Shown here: positions 8,881-18,057 of the stretch, piece after piece | Layout: every line of letters starts with the position of its first letter | Numbering within the stretch: position 1 is the stretch's first letter | Source of the DNA: Candidatus Nanohalobium sp. | GTDB lineage: Archaea > Nanohalarchaeota > Nanosalinia > Nanosalinales > Nanosalinaceae | Length of the DNA: 30,656 nucleotides | Assembly: GCA_042216335.1 (NCBI GenBank) | Contig: JBDGTY010000061.1 | Location: forward strand, 8,156 to 38,811 | Direction of reading: 5' to 3' | The notes under the pieces: model-generated | Databases searched by the model: none | What the model saw: the letters and a program-made list of their open reading frames with translations, nothing else | Told to the model about the DNA's origin: nothing | Position numbers and translations under genes: made by a program

Positions 8881-9009
8881 TGCGGCGTCCGGGATTTGAA
8901 CCCGGGTCGCCGGCTAACTTCTTCGAAGATCAGAGATCTTCTCGTGCCCCGTTCCTGACGGAACTCAGGGCTTGGAAGGCCGGAGTCTTAGCCACTGGAC
9001 CAACGCCGC
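8881..9009 (-). tRNA. tRNA-Gly(UCC) with a 57-nt intron at 37/38 (intron 8916-8972); CCA not encoded
   Basis: Acceptor GCGGCGT/ACGCCGC+A; anticodon arm CCGGC-CT-TCC-A[intron]A-GCCGG; T arm CCGGG-TTCAAAT-CCCGG; splice helix CTTC/GAAG with 3-nt bulges CAA and TTA. Confidence 0.95.
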
Positions 9010-9146
9010 CTCGCAGTTAGGCGAGGGCTAATAGAGCCTTGTGTGGCAAGGCACTTCAAAGGTCTGTAGTCATGACTTGACCGATTATTTTCTTAAAATG
9101 GTTCTACTGCTGCGGTTTTTTGAATCTTCCACTTCATAATTTTGGT

Positions 9147-9563
9147 ATGGTTTCTGAAGATTTCCTGAAGGAGAGGGCTGAGTCCGCGGCTGAAGAACTG
9201 ACAGAAGGAGTAGAGGTAGAGAACACGGGAGAGAAAACCGTGAAGATCGACAAGCGGAACGAGTTCGACGAGAAGCTGGAGAAAGACATCGAGACGGATG
9301 AAGGGGTCTGGAGCAGTGAAGAAGTCGAATACCTGGTGAACAACAGGCACAAGATGGGCAACGACGAGCTCAAGGAGTTCCTGAACCGCAACTCCGACTT
9401 CCAGCATGGAGAGTTTGAGCGTTTCTCGGAGGCCGAGGAAGAGGTCATCATGCGTAACTTCCCAATGCATGATGTTGAAGAACTTTCCGAGAAGCTGGAC
9501 AGGCCTGAAAAACAGGTCGAGAAGAAGATCAAGATGCTGGGCCTCGGCAACAAACTGGAGTAA
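9147..9563 (+). CDS. hypothetical protein with two Myb/SANT-like HTH repeats
   Basis: Repeats WSSEEVEYLVNN...ELKEFLNR and FSEAEEEVIMRNF...ELSEKLDRPEKQVEKKIKMLGL. ATG 9147 is preferred to the TTG at 9120. Confidence 0.65.
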   Translation: MVSEDFLKERAESAAEELTEGVEVENTGEKTVKIDKRNEFDEKLEKDIETDEGVWSSEEVEYLVNNRHKMGNDELKEFLNRNSDFQHGEFERFSEAEEEVIMRNFPMHDVEELSEKLDRPEKQVEKKIKMLGLGNKLE

Positions 9564-9569
9564 GATAAG

Positions 9570-10316
9570 ATGGATAAGGAAGAGATAAGGGAGAAAGCGC
9601 TGGAGAGAACCAGGAAAGAGATAGGAGAGACCGACAGGATCCAGCTAATGGTGAAGGCGGTAAAGTCGCTGGACCAGGTCAAGAGCTCGCAGAAGAACGA
9701 GATGGAAGCTTTCCGTGACTGGTACTCCCTGCATTTCCCCGAGCTTGAGAGGGAGATAGAGGACGACGAACAGCTGGTGAAAATACTCTCTCGTGGAGTG
9801 GAGAGGGACGAGCTGGACGCCTTTAGAGAGATGGCAGAAGGCTCGACAGGAATGCACCTTGAGAGTGAAGACGCTGAGATGCTGGAGAGCATGGTGGACT
9901 CTTTGAAGAACCAGCAGGATGTGGTGGACGAGCTGGAGAACTACGTAAGGGAGATAGCAAAGGACGAGATGCCGAATACTTCTATACTTTTAGGTCCGGT
10001 TCTTGCGGCAAGGATCGTGCACCTGGCAGGAGGGCTGGAGGATCTGGCGAAGAAGCCAGCGTCGACCGTCCAGATGCTTGGCGCGGAGAAAGCACTTTTC
10101 AAACACCTGAGAGAGGGAGCAAACCCTCCGAAACACGGAATACTTTTCGAGCACGACTTTGTTTCTCCGCTTCTTTCAAACCAGAGGGGCAAGATGGCCC
10201 GCTTCCTTGCCAACAAGACAGTCATGGCCGCAAGGCTCGACCAGTACGGCGACAAAGAGAAAGGAGAAGAGCTTAGAGAGGAGTGCAGGGAGAAATTTGA
10301 AGAACTTAAGGAGTGA
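9570..10316 (+). CDS. nop5: box C/D sRNP protein Nop5 (Nop56/58), very short N-terminal domain
   Basis: Motifs RDWYSLHFPEL, PASTVQMLGAEKALF, PKHGILF and RGKMARFLANK. Confidence 0.95.
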   Translation: MDKEEIREKALERTRKEIGETDRIQLMVKAVKSLDQVKSSQKNEMEAFRDWYSLHFPELEREIEDDEQLVKILSRGVERDELDAFREMAEGSTGMHLESEDAEMLESMVDSLKNQQDVVDELENYVREIAKDEMPNTSILLGPVLAARIVHLAGGLEDLAKKPASTVQMLGAEKALFKHLREGANPPKHGILFEHDFVSPLLSNQRGKMARFLANKTVMAARLDQYGDKEKGEELREECREKFEELKE

Positions 10317-10321
10317 TTTTT

Positions 10322-10987
10322 ATGGAAGAGATACAGCCAGGGATCTACAGGGAAAACGACAACCTCTACACGGTCAACGCCAACCCTGGCGAAAAAGTAT
10401 ATGGTGAAGGCCTCTACGATAGAGATGGGAGGGAGTTCAGGGCCTGGCACGGCAACCGGTCAAAAGCCGCAGCCGCAGTACTCAACGGAGTAGACCTGGG
10501 GATAGAGAAGGACGATGAGGTGCTGTACCTTGGCGCATCGACAGGAACAACAGTATCACACTTCTCGGATATCCTTGCTGATGGATTCATCTACGCTGTG
10601 GAGTACTCTGATACAGTCATCCGTAACCTGGTCAACCTTGCAGAGAAAAGGGAGAACATAGCTCCCATACTCGGGGACGCCCGGAAACCGGCGGAGTACG
10701 AGGATCTGATTGACGGCAAAGTAGATGTAGTCTTCCAGGATATCTCCCAGAGCGACCAGCCAGAGATATTCACGAAGAACGCGGAAAATTTCCTAAAGGA
10801 GGACGGCGTGGCACTTATCGCGGTCAAAGCCCACTCCATCTCCACCTCAAAGGATGAGGAAGAAGTCTTCCAGGAAGTCAAGAACAAACTTTCCGAAAAC
10901 TTTGAGATTGTCGAAGAAGTTAAGCTGGAGCCGTATGAGAATAATCATCTATTCCTGAAGATGGAGTTGAAAGGTGAGACTCAGTGA
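10322..10987 (+). CDS. flpA: fibrillarin-like rRNA/tRNA 2'-O-methyltransferase
   Basis: VYGE, RSKAAAA, VLYLGASTGTTVSHFSD, YAVEYS and PILGDARKP; directly follows nop5. Confidence 0.96.
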   Translation: MEEIQPGIYRENDNLYTVNANPGEKVYGEGLYDRDGREFRAWHGNRSKAAAAVLNGVDLGIEKDDEVLYLGASTGTTVSHFSDILADGFIYAVEYSDTVIRNLVNLAEKRENIAPILGDARKPAEYEDLIDGKVDVVFQDISQSDQPEIFTKNAENFLKEDGVALIAVKAHSISTSKDEEEVFQEVKNKLSENFEIVEEVKLEPYENNHLFLKMELKGETQ

Positions 10988-11379
10988 GGACTGTGATGGC
11001 GCAGGGAACCTTCGACGTTCTGCATCCGGGTCACATACACTACCTGAAGGAGTCGGCGGAGAAAGGAGATGAGGTAGTAGTGGTGATTGCCCGGGACTCC
11101 CGTGTTGAGGACAGGAAGGACTTGGTCTTCGACGAGGAGGAGAGAAGGGAGATGGTCGGTGCTCTTGAGGCGGTAGATGAAGCTGTTCTCGGGAGTGAGG
11201 GCGACATCTATTCTACTGTCAGGGAAGTTGATCCGGACGTCATCACTCTGGGCCATGACCAGCACCACTCCGAGGAAGAAGTCAAGGAGATGGCGGAGGA
11301 AGCCACGGGTCACGAGGTCAAGGTCGTCAGGATATCAGGGAAAGACGACTACTCTTCAAGCGAGATAAAGTCAAGATAA
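10984..11379 (+). CDS. ribL: FAD synthase (cytidylyltransferase family)
   Basis: GTFDVLHPGHIHYL, VVIARD, PDVITLGHDQ and SSSEIK; GTGA overlap with flpA and an AAGGTGA SD upstream. Confidence 0.85.
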   Translation: MRTVMAQGTFDVLHPGHIHYLKESAEKGDEVVVVIARDSRVEDRKDLVFDEEERREMVGALEAVDEAVLGSEGDIYSTVREVDPDVITLGHDQHHSEEEVKEMAEEATGHEVKVVRISGKDDYSSSEIKSR

Positions 11380-11405
11380 AAAGATTCGGAACTTCTTCAC
11401 AAGAT

Positions 11406-13931
11406 ATGACTGAAGAAAACATCGAAAAAAATCAGGAGAAGTTCAACCACATAACCGATGCGGAGATCGAGTACGACTCCGGTAAAGGCCTGACAGAAGA
11501 CATAGTCCGAGAGATCTCCGAGGAAAAGGATGAGCCGGACTGGATGCTGAAGAAGCGGCTTCAGGCATTCCACCACTTCAAGAAGAGGCCGATGCCGGAC
11601 TGGGGGCCTGATCTCTCCGACCTGGATTTCTCGGATATAACACATTACAAAACAGCTGAAGGTGAGCAGAGCGATGACTGGGAGGAGGTTCCGGAAGAGA
11701 TCGAAGAGACCTTCGACAAGCTCGGAATCCCTGAAGCCGAGAAAGAAGCTCTCTCAGGTGTAGGAGCGCAATACGAGTCCGAGGTCGTCTACCAGAACAT
11801 GAAGGAGAAGTGGGAGGAGAAAGGCGTCATCTTCTGCGATATGGATGAGGCTGTCCAGGAGCACGAGGAGCTTGTAAAGGAATATTTCATGAAGAAGTGT
11901 GTTCCACCTCAGGACAACAAGTTCGCCGCATTACACGGTGCTGTCTGGTCGGGAGGTTCTTTCGTCTACGTTCCGGAAGGTGTGGAGGTCAAAATCCCGG
12001 TTCAGGCCTACTTCAGGATGAACTCGAAGGGAATGGGACAGTTCGAACATACACTGATAGTAGCAGAAGAAAACTCGAAGATTCACTACATAGAGGGGTG
12101 TCATCCTGCTGGTACTATGGTTGAGACATCTGAAGGGGAAGTTCCTATTGAGGATGTGGAGGAGAATGATTCTGTCTTGACTCATGAAGGCCGTTTTATG
12201 CAAGTGAATGAGACTCAGGAGAGAACTCATAGAGGCAGTATGTATGATATAGAGTTCTGGGGTGATTCGACGAGAACTTTGACGTTGACTCCGGGCCATC
12301 CACTGCTTATCTCGAGAAGGGAGAGGGATAGAGAGTCTAACTGGAGTTGGAACACTCAATGGACAGAGGCCAAGGATGTAAATGAAAAGGACTATCTCGT
12401 GATTCCGAGAAGAGATTTTGGGGAAAAAGAAGAGTTAACCTTCAGTATCAAGAAATGGGATAATCGTGAGAGAGAGTTTAACATGGTTGAGAAAAGTTTC
12501 CCGGCTGAGAAAGGCTTTTTCAGGCTGATTGGTTACTATTTAGCTGAAGGAAGCAACTCAGGAGGACACTACCTCAACTTCTCATTCAATTCTGAAGAGG
12601 AAGAACTATTAGAAGATACTGTGGACTTGATAGAAAAATACTTCGGGAAAAAACCTGATAGGTATCCTCATAAAAAGAACAATGGGACAACTGTAAGACT
12701 AAACTCTACTGATGCCGTAAGAGTGTTCAAAGAGTTTGGTGAAGGAGCATCAAACAAGAACATTCCTGAATGGATTCACGAATACAGCGAGGAAAATGTA
12801 CAGGAAATGTTGAAAGGCTTCTTCAAAGGAGACGGCAACTGGTACAGCCAGGAATGCAACCATGGAGACAAATCACTTTACAGACTCAGTACTGTGTCAC
12901 AGCAACTAGCTAGAAAATCAAGGAAGCTTCTTCTCGATCTAGGTATAGGATCATTCATCAACATGAGGGAGAGAGATGAACCAAGACAGGATATGTACAC
13001 AGTAGGAGTTACAGGACAACACATGGAGAAATTCTGTACGGACATACTCAATGAAGAATTCATGAACGACGACAAGAGAAGACAGTCCAAGATACACTTC
13101 AAGAAAGGAAAAGTATATGTGCCTGTCAAGGACATTAGAAAGAGAGAAACTGAGGAAAAAGTATACAACCTGAAAGTGGAGGAGGATGAGTCCTATATCT
13201 CACAAGGGGTAACTGTACACAACTGCTCCGCCCCACAGTACACTAGAAACAATCTGCACGCCGGTTGCGTCGAAGTATTTGTCAAGGAAGACGCTCACGT
13301 CCAGTACTCAACGGTCCAGAACTGGAGCAAGAATACCTACAACCTCAACACCAAGAGAGCGAAGGTTAAGGAAGACGGCGTTATGGAGTGGGTATCCGGA
13401 TCCATGGGCAGTAAAGTGACGATGCTATACCCATCTTCACACCTCAACGGAGAGGGCGCCAGAGCCAACCACATAACCATAGGGTACGCGGGAGAGGGCC
13501 AGAACATCGATACTGGTGCCAAAGTGATACACAACGCTCCTAACACCAAATCCACGATCGAATCCAAGTCTATAACACAGGGCGACGGCCGGACGAACTA
13601 CAGAGGTCTCGTCAGAGTTCCTGAAGGCTCTCATGGCAGCAAAGTCAGTATTGAGTGCGACGCTCTCATGTTCTCCGATGAGGCCACGAGCGATACGGAG
13701 CCGTACATCGAGGTGAAAGAAGACGATGTCGAGATGGCTCACGAAGCCACAGTTGGAAGAATCGGCGATGAAGAGATACATTACATGCAGAGCAGGGGCA
13801 TCGATGAGGAAGAAGCCAAGGAGATGATTGTCAGAGGTTTCATCGAACCGATCGCCAAGGAACTACCGCTTGAATACGCTGTCGAGCTTAACCGCCTTAT
13901 CCATCTTGAGATAGAAGGGTCACTTGGATAG
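11406..13931 (+). CDS. sufB: Fe-S cluster assembly protein SufB (466-aa extein) interrupted by an intein
   Basis: GVGAQYESE, DNKFAALHGAVWSGGSF, GQFEHTLI, HYIEG|...|CSAP, HEATVG, YMQSRGI and LPLEYAVELNRLI. Confidence 0.97.
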   Translation: MTEENIEKNQEKFNHITDAEIEYDSGKGLTEDIVREISEEKDEPDWMLKKRLQAFHHFKKRPMPDWGPDLSDLDFSDITHYKTAEGEQSDDWEEVPEEIEETFDKLGIPEAEKEALSGVGAQYESEVVYQNMKEKWEEKGVIFCDMDEAVQEHEELVKEYFMKKCVPPQDNKFAALHGAVWSGGSFVYVPEGVEVKIPVQAYFRMNSKGMGQFEHTLIVAEENSKIHYIEGCHPAGTMVETSEGEVPIEDVEENDSVLTHEGRFMQVNETQERTHRGSMYDIEFWGDSTRTLTLTPGHPLLISRRERDRESNWSWNTQWTEAKDVNEKDYLVIPRRDFGEKEELTFSIKKWDNREREFNMVEKSFPAEKGFFRLIGYYLAEGSNSGGHYLNFSFNSEEEELLEDTVDLIEKYFGKKPDRYPHKKNNGTTVRLNSTDAVRVFKEFGEGASNKNIPEWIHEYSEENVQEMLKGFFKGDGNWYSQECNHGDKSLYRLSTVSQQLARKSRKLLLDLGIGSFINMRERDEPRQDMYTVGVTGQHMEKFCTDILNEEFMNDDKRRQSKIHFKKGKVYVPVKDIRKRETEEKVYNLKVEEDESYISQGVTVHNCSAPQYTRNNLHAGCVEVFVKEDAHVQYSTVQNWSKNTYNLNTKRAKVKEDGVMEWVSGSMGSKVTMLYPSSHLNGEGARANHITIGYAGEGQNIDTGAKVIHNAPNTKSTIESKSITQGDGRTNYRGLVRVPEGSHGSKVSIECDALMFSDEATSDTEPYIEVKEDDVEMAHEATVGRIGDEEIHYMQSRGIDEEEAKEMIVRGFIEPIAKELPLEYAVELNRLIHLEIEGSLG
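12099..13223 (+). mobile_element. intein (375 aa) with LAGLIDADG homing endonuclease
   Basis: Starts with Cys (CHPAGT); block B TPGHP; LAGLIDADG helices LIGYYLAEG and LKGFFKGDG; block F VYNLKVE; ends VHN followed by +1 Cys. More AT-rich than the exteins. Confidence 0.96.
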
Positions 13932-13933
13932 CT

Positions 13934-14401
13934 CTAGATCCGGTGTTCCATCAACCCTTCCAGGTCCATGTTGTCTTCTAGCTTTGGAGTGGTCAGTATG
14001 ATGTTGGTTTCAGTCGATTTTATCCCTGAGGTCTCCTGAAGTTCTTTCAGGAAGCTGTTCATGTCTTCCCTGTCGATAAAACGGCTTATCAGCACCATGT
14101 CGGTCTCTCCGGTTACTTCAAAGAACGAGATCACTCGTTCCTTCGTCTTCAGTTCTTCAGCAACTTCAGGGATTCTCCCGGACTCTGCCCTTATGTTTAT
14201 CATGGCTGTGAGCTCGAAACCGAGTTCCTCGTAGTCGATCTTCGGTGAGAAGCCTGTGATTATGCCCTCTTCCTCCAGCTTCTGGAACCTTCCTGTAACC
14301 GTCGAGGTCGCGATACCAAGCTCGTCCGCGATATCGCTGAAAGATGCTCGGCCGTCCTTCTTCAGCTCTCCTATGATCTTCAGGTCCGTCTCGTCAATCA
14401 T
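13934..14401 (-). CDS. Lrp/AsnC family transcriptional regulator
   Basis: HTH DETDLKIIGELKKDGRASFSDIADELG, plus IDYEELG and FEVTGETD of the RAM domain. Confidence 0.93.
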   Translation of the reverse strand: MIDETDLKIIGELKKDGRASFSDIADELGIATSTVTGRFQKLEEEGIITGFSPKIDYEELGFELTAMINIRAESGRIPEVAEELKTKERVISFFEVTGETDMVLISRFIDREDMNSFLKELQETSGIKSTETNIILTTPKLEDNMDLEGLMEHRI

Positions 14402-14487
14402 GGGTGAAATCTGTTTCGTAAACTTAAGTATTTGTCGAAAAGTTTTGCCTTCAAGGTTATTTAAACTCTTTTCAATTGCGATAAACC

Positions 14488-14919
14488 ATGCAGGAACACA
14501 ATTACTTTCGTGAAGACTCCGGGGTTTTTCCGCGTCTGGAAGACGCTTCGGATAGGGAGCTGGATCAGATGGATTTCGATGATATAATGAGGCTGGCTGA
14601 ACAACCTCTGGAAGAGTACGTCAGGTACGTAGAGTGTTTAGGTGGTGTTGGAGAACCTGTAGCATATGACAAAATACTTGTGGAATGGCCTGATTCTAGG
14701 GATGCCGGTACTCTTTCAGCAGAGATGACTGCTATGGAGTATGTCGGTTTTCTTGAACGCCACGAAACCGGGGATAAAGCGTTCCCTGAATACACTCTTT
14801 CTGAGGAAGGCCGTGATTGGGTAAAGGAACAGACAGGTTTGAGCTTCGAAAACGATCTAGGTCAGCTTCCTGACAAATACCTGTTAAACACAAGCCGCTC
14901 TCTTCCATCCGCCGACTAG
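14488..14919 (+). CDS. hypothetical protein, possible winged-helix domain
   Basis: Acidic ORF with TATA (TATTTAAA about 14458-14465) upstream. LSAEMTAMEYVGFLER...EYTLSEEGRDWV resembles a wHTH recognition helix and wing. Confidence 0.6.
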   Translation: MQEHNYFREDSGVFPRLEDASDRELDQMDFDDIMRLAEQPLEEYVRYVECLGGVGEPVAYDKILVEWPDSRDAGTLSAEMTAMEYVGFLERHETGDKAFPEYTLSEEGRDWVKEQTGLSFENDLGQLPDKYLLNTSRSLPSAD

Positions 14920-14954
14920 AGGTATGTAAAAATTCAGGCCTCCAATCAGTAAAC

Positions 14955-16043
14955 ATGAACGATCTGGAAAAAATAGCCGAAGAATCCGGGCAGAAAATTG
15001 AGGATCTGGACATGCCTGAATCCATCAGGACGCCAGGCCGGACTTGGACAAGGTATCCTAAGGAGGTTCTGGAAGATCCGGATATAGATGAGATAGAGCC
15101 GGAGATTGATACCGAGGGAGAGGTCGAGGTCTTCACCGGTGAAGAGGCAGCAGAAAAAGCAGGTGAAAAACTTTTCGACCTGATCAAAAGTGATGAGAAC
15201 AAGCTGACGGCCTTCCATGCGGCCAAACTGAACTCCCTGGTTTATGCAGAGGTCTCAGGAGAGGCTGAACTTCATGTGAAGTACAGCAGTGACAGTCCTG
15301 TTCTCAGCCACCTGATCGTCGACGCGGGAAAGAACTCCGAAGTAGTCGTTACCGAGGAAACAGATAACGAAGATTTCAACTCCTCATTCACTGAAATCAA
15401 CGTGGGTGAAAACGCATCTGTTGAGTATGGTGCTGTCAAGAAACCCGGAAACTTTTCCTACAGCAGAAGAAAAGCCATAACTGAAAAATACGGAAAGATT
15501 AACTGGCTGAACGGCATCTTTACTGGCAAGCTGAACAGGACCAAGATTGAAACTGTTTTGAAGGGCGACAACTCGGAGACTGAGATGACAGGTGTCTGGT
15601 ATCCGACAGGGGAACAGCACCACGATATCTCGCTCCACGTCCGCCATATCGGCGACAACACGAAGTGTGATATGGATTCCAGGAGCGTAGTAGATCACAG
15701 GGCCAGAAGCCTTTATGAGGGCCTGCAGAAGGTGGAGAACGGTGCCGTGGATACTTCGAGTTTCCAGGAACAAGAGACTTTGATGCTTTCGGACAGGGCG
15801 GAGTCCGATGCTTCTCCCAAACTGATGATAGAGGATCCGAATGTGGAGGCCTCTCACGCGGCCGCTGCTGGCACTGTTGAGGAGGATAGGCAGCACTATC
15901 TTGAGTCCCGTGGTTTGGATGGTGATGAGGCGGAGAGGCTGGTTGTCAAGGGTTTCTTCGAGCCGGTTATGCGTGAGATCGAGGTTCCACGGGTTAAGGA
16001 GAGTATCCGTGAAGAGGTTCAGCGGAAGCTGGATGAGGGGTAA
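14955..16043 (+). CDS. sufD: Fe-S cluster assembly protein SufD
   Basis: Beta-helix core, LMLSDRAESDASPKLMIE..NVEASHAAAAG, YLESRGL and LVVKGFF. Confidence 0.92.
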   Translation: MNDLEKIAEESGQKIEDLDMPESIRTPGRTWTRYPKEVLEDPDIDEIEPEIDTEGEVEVFTGEEAAEKAGEKLFDLIKSDENKLTAFHAAKLNSLVYAEVSGEAELHVKYSSDSPVLSHLIVDAGKNSEVVVTEETDNEDFNSSFTEINVGENASVEYGAVKKPGNFSYSRRKAITEKYGKINWLNGIFTGKLNRTKIETVLKGDNSETEMTGVWYPTGEQHHDISLHVRHIGDNTKCDMDSRSVVDHRARSLYEGLQKVENGAVDTSSFQEQETLMLSDRAESDASPKLMIEDPNVEASHAAAAGTVEEDRQHYLESRGLDGDEAERLVVKGFFEPVMREIEVPRVKESIREEVQRKLDEG

Positions 16044-16093
16044 CTTCTGGGTCACCGGCTGGGTTATTATAGATTTTCCTAGATTTTTTTGTC

Positions 16094-17536
16094 ATGGTTC
16101 TTGGAGAAATCGCTGGTTCGTTTGAGGGTTTTGCGGAGTGGTTTTCGTCGCAGTTCAAGTCCAAGGATGAGATGGATCTTACTGGTGGGCCTGTGGCGGA
16201 GAACCTCTTCTATCTCTCGCTGCCTGTGATCGTCACCAATCTTCTGCGGACTGCTTACAACATCGCTGATACTTTCTGGCTTGGCCAGTACTCCGGTGAT
16301 GCCTTGACGGCTATAACTTTTGCTTTCCCGCTTGTCTTCTTCCTGATTTCGCTGGGTATGGGTCTGGCGGTCGCAGGCAGTGTTTTGATAGCCCAGTTTG
16401 AGGGGAAGGGCAGCAGGGAGCGCGTTAACTTTGCAGCTTCGCAGACTGTCACCTTCAGTTTCATAGCTTCCCTCGTGATGGGTGGTTTCGGCTATTTCTT
16501 CATAGGCGATCTTGTGAAGCTTCTGGGTGCTAAGGGTGCGGTTGCTGCGTCTGCAGCAGGGTACATGGAGATAATCAGTCTTGGATTGTTTGCTATGTTC
16601 GGTTTCGCCGTCTTTATCTCGATGATGCGCGGTTTTGGCGATACTTTGACTCCTATGCTGTTGATGTTCGCGACAGTGGTGCTGAATATCATTATCGATC
16701 CGCTTTTCATCTTCGGCTGGTGGATAATCCCCAAGATGGGGGTTGAGGGTGCGGCCGTGGCCACTATACTTTCCAGGTTCATGTCGCTTCTGGTGGCTCT
16801 CTGGATACTGTTTTCGGGAAGGAAAGGTGTTGAGGTCTCTGTCTCCAAGATGAAGCCGGACTTCGAGTTCTTCAAGAGGATGATTCACATCGGAGTGCCG
16901 GCCTCTATCGAAGGTGTCGGAAGATCTGTATCCGTCAATGCCCTGGTCGCGGTCGTCGGCTGGATGTTCGCCGGTCCTGTGGTCGCAGGGTACGGTATCG
17001 GTGTCAGGATTTTCTCCCTGGTATTCCTCCCGGCCATAGCAGTGGGAAGGGCTGTGGAATCGATGACAGGCCAGAACCTGGGAGCCGGGAACTACGACCG
17101 GGCTGGAAAGACAGCGGCAACCGGTGCAAAGTACAGTTTCCTGGTGCTTACGGCGCTTGGAGCAGTAACGTTCTTCTTCGCAGATCCTATCGCATCAGTC
17201 TTCATCGCTAATTCCAAGCCTAACAGCGAGCAGATTGCCAGCGTCGGCGCACAGTTCCTGAAGATCGTTGCCTTCAGCTTCGGATTCATAGGAGTCCTCA
17301 GAAGCTACAACGGCAGCTTCAGGGGTGCGGGAAAAACCATCACTGCGGCAGCCATATCCGTGGCAACACTGGGATTGATCCGGCTGCCTATAGCCTACTT
17401 CGGAGCCTCCAACATCGGCATAAACGGAGTCTTCGCAGCATTCTTCATCTCCAACGTGGCAGGAGCCTCTATAGCATATCTCTGGTACAGAAAGGGAACT
17501 TGGAGGCAGAGCATGACGGAAAGCTCTAATCCATAA
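16094..17536 (+). CDS. MATE family efflux transporter
   Basis: About 12 TM segments; YNIADTFWLG, RGFGDTLTPM, LNIIIDPLFI, GVEGAAVAT and GQNLGAG. Confidence 0.95.
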   Translation: MVLGEIAGSFEGFAEWFSSQFKSKDEMDLTGGPVAENLFYLSLPVIVTNLLRTAYNIADTFWLGQYSGDALTAITFAFPLVFFLISLGMGLAVAGSVLIAQFEGKGSRERVNFAASQTVTFSFIASLVMGGFGYFFIGDLVKLLGAKGAVAASAAGYMEIISLGLFAMFGFAVFISMMRGFGDTLTPMLLMFATVVLNIIIDPLFIFGWWIIPKMGVEGAAVATILSRFMSLLVALWILFSGRKGVEVSVSKMKPDFEFFKRMIHIGVPASIEGVGRSVSVNALVAVVGWMFAGPVVAGYGIGVRIFSLVFLPAIAVGRAVESMTGQNLGAGNYDRAGKTAATGAKYSFLVLTALGAVTFFFADPIASVFIANSKPNSEQIASVGAQFLKIVAFSFGFIGVLRSYNGSFRGAGKTITAAAISVATLGLIRLPIAYFGASNIGINGVFAAFFISNVAGASIAYLWYRKGTWRQSMTESSNP

Positions 17537-18056
17537 ATCTTTCCAGATAATCCTCGAGCTCGGATCTAAGATCCTCTACGTCTTCACCTGCTGCCTTCCG
17601 GAACATGGCTTCGTTGTTTATCGCCGTGATGAACTTGGCCTTCCTCTCCGGTTCGGGGACAGACTTCTCTTCCAGAAGTGCGGCAAGTTTCCGTATGTGC
17701 GCCTCCCTGAACTTCTCGAACTTTTCCCTGAATCTTTCATCTCGGAGAGACTCCGTTCTCAGCTCCACGAAGGTTTCGACATCTTTCCCTTCCTCCCGAA
17801 ACGCTTTGAACGCCTCTTCCCTAAAATTATCGCCTGTGTCTCTCCTCTCTTCTCTGAACTCCTGGTCCCTGTACTTCTCCAGTATGAATTCCATGAGGTC
17901 CAGCAGTATCTCGTCCTTGCCGTCGTAGTGGTGGTAGAGCAGCGACTTGGACTTGTCGAACTCGTCAGCTATCCTCTGGACCGAGAGCTCCGTGTATCCG
18001 TGTTTCTCGAGTGCGGCACACGTCGCCTCCATTATCTCCTGCTTTGAATCATCCAT
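17526..18056 (-). CDS. TetR/AcrR family transcriptional regulator
   Basis: HTH IMEATCAALEKHGYTELSVQRIADE...SKSLLYHHYDGKDEIL. Confidence 0.93.
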   Translation of the reverse strand: MDDSKQEIMEATCAALEKHGYTELSVQRIADEFDKSKSLLYHHYDGKDEILLDLMEFILEKYRDQEFREERRDTGDNFREEAFKAFREEGKDVETFVELRTESLRDERFREKFEKFREAHIRKLAALLEEKSVPEPERKAKFITAINNEAMFRKAAGEDVEDLRSELEDYLERFMD

Positions 18057-18057
18057 A

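Noticed and set aside
8916-8972. Intron-encoded box C/D guide RNA (two CTGA boxes, nop5/flpA nearby; same for the Ala intron)
   Set aside because: No RTGATGA box C or C' in either intron, and the CTGA motifs are mostly within stems.
9134-9892. Long antisense ORFs (also 166-504, 9941-10450, 15384-16055, 16079-16888, 20768-21298, 22890-23453, 27581-28216, 29434-29940)
   Set aside because: Ser/Leu/Phe- or His/Arg-rich shadows of real genes on the opposite strand, with no motifs.
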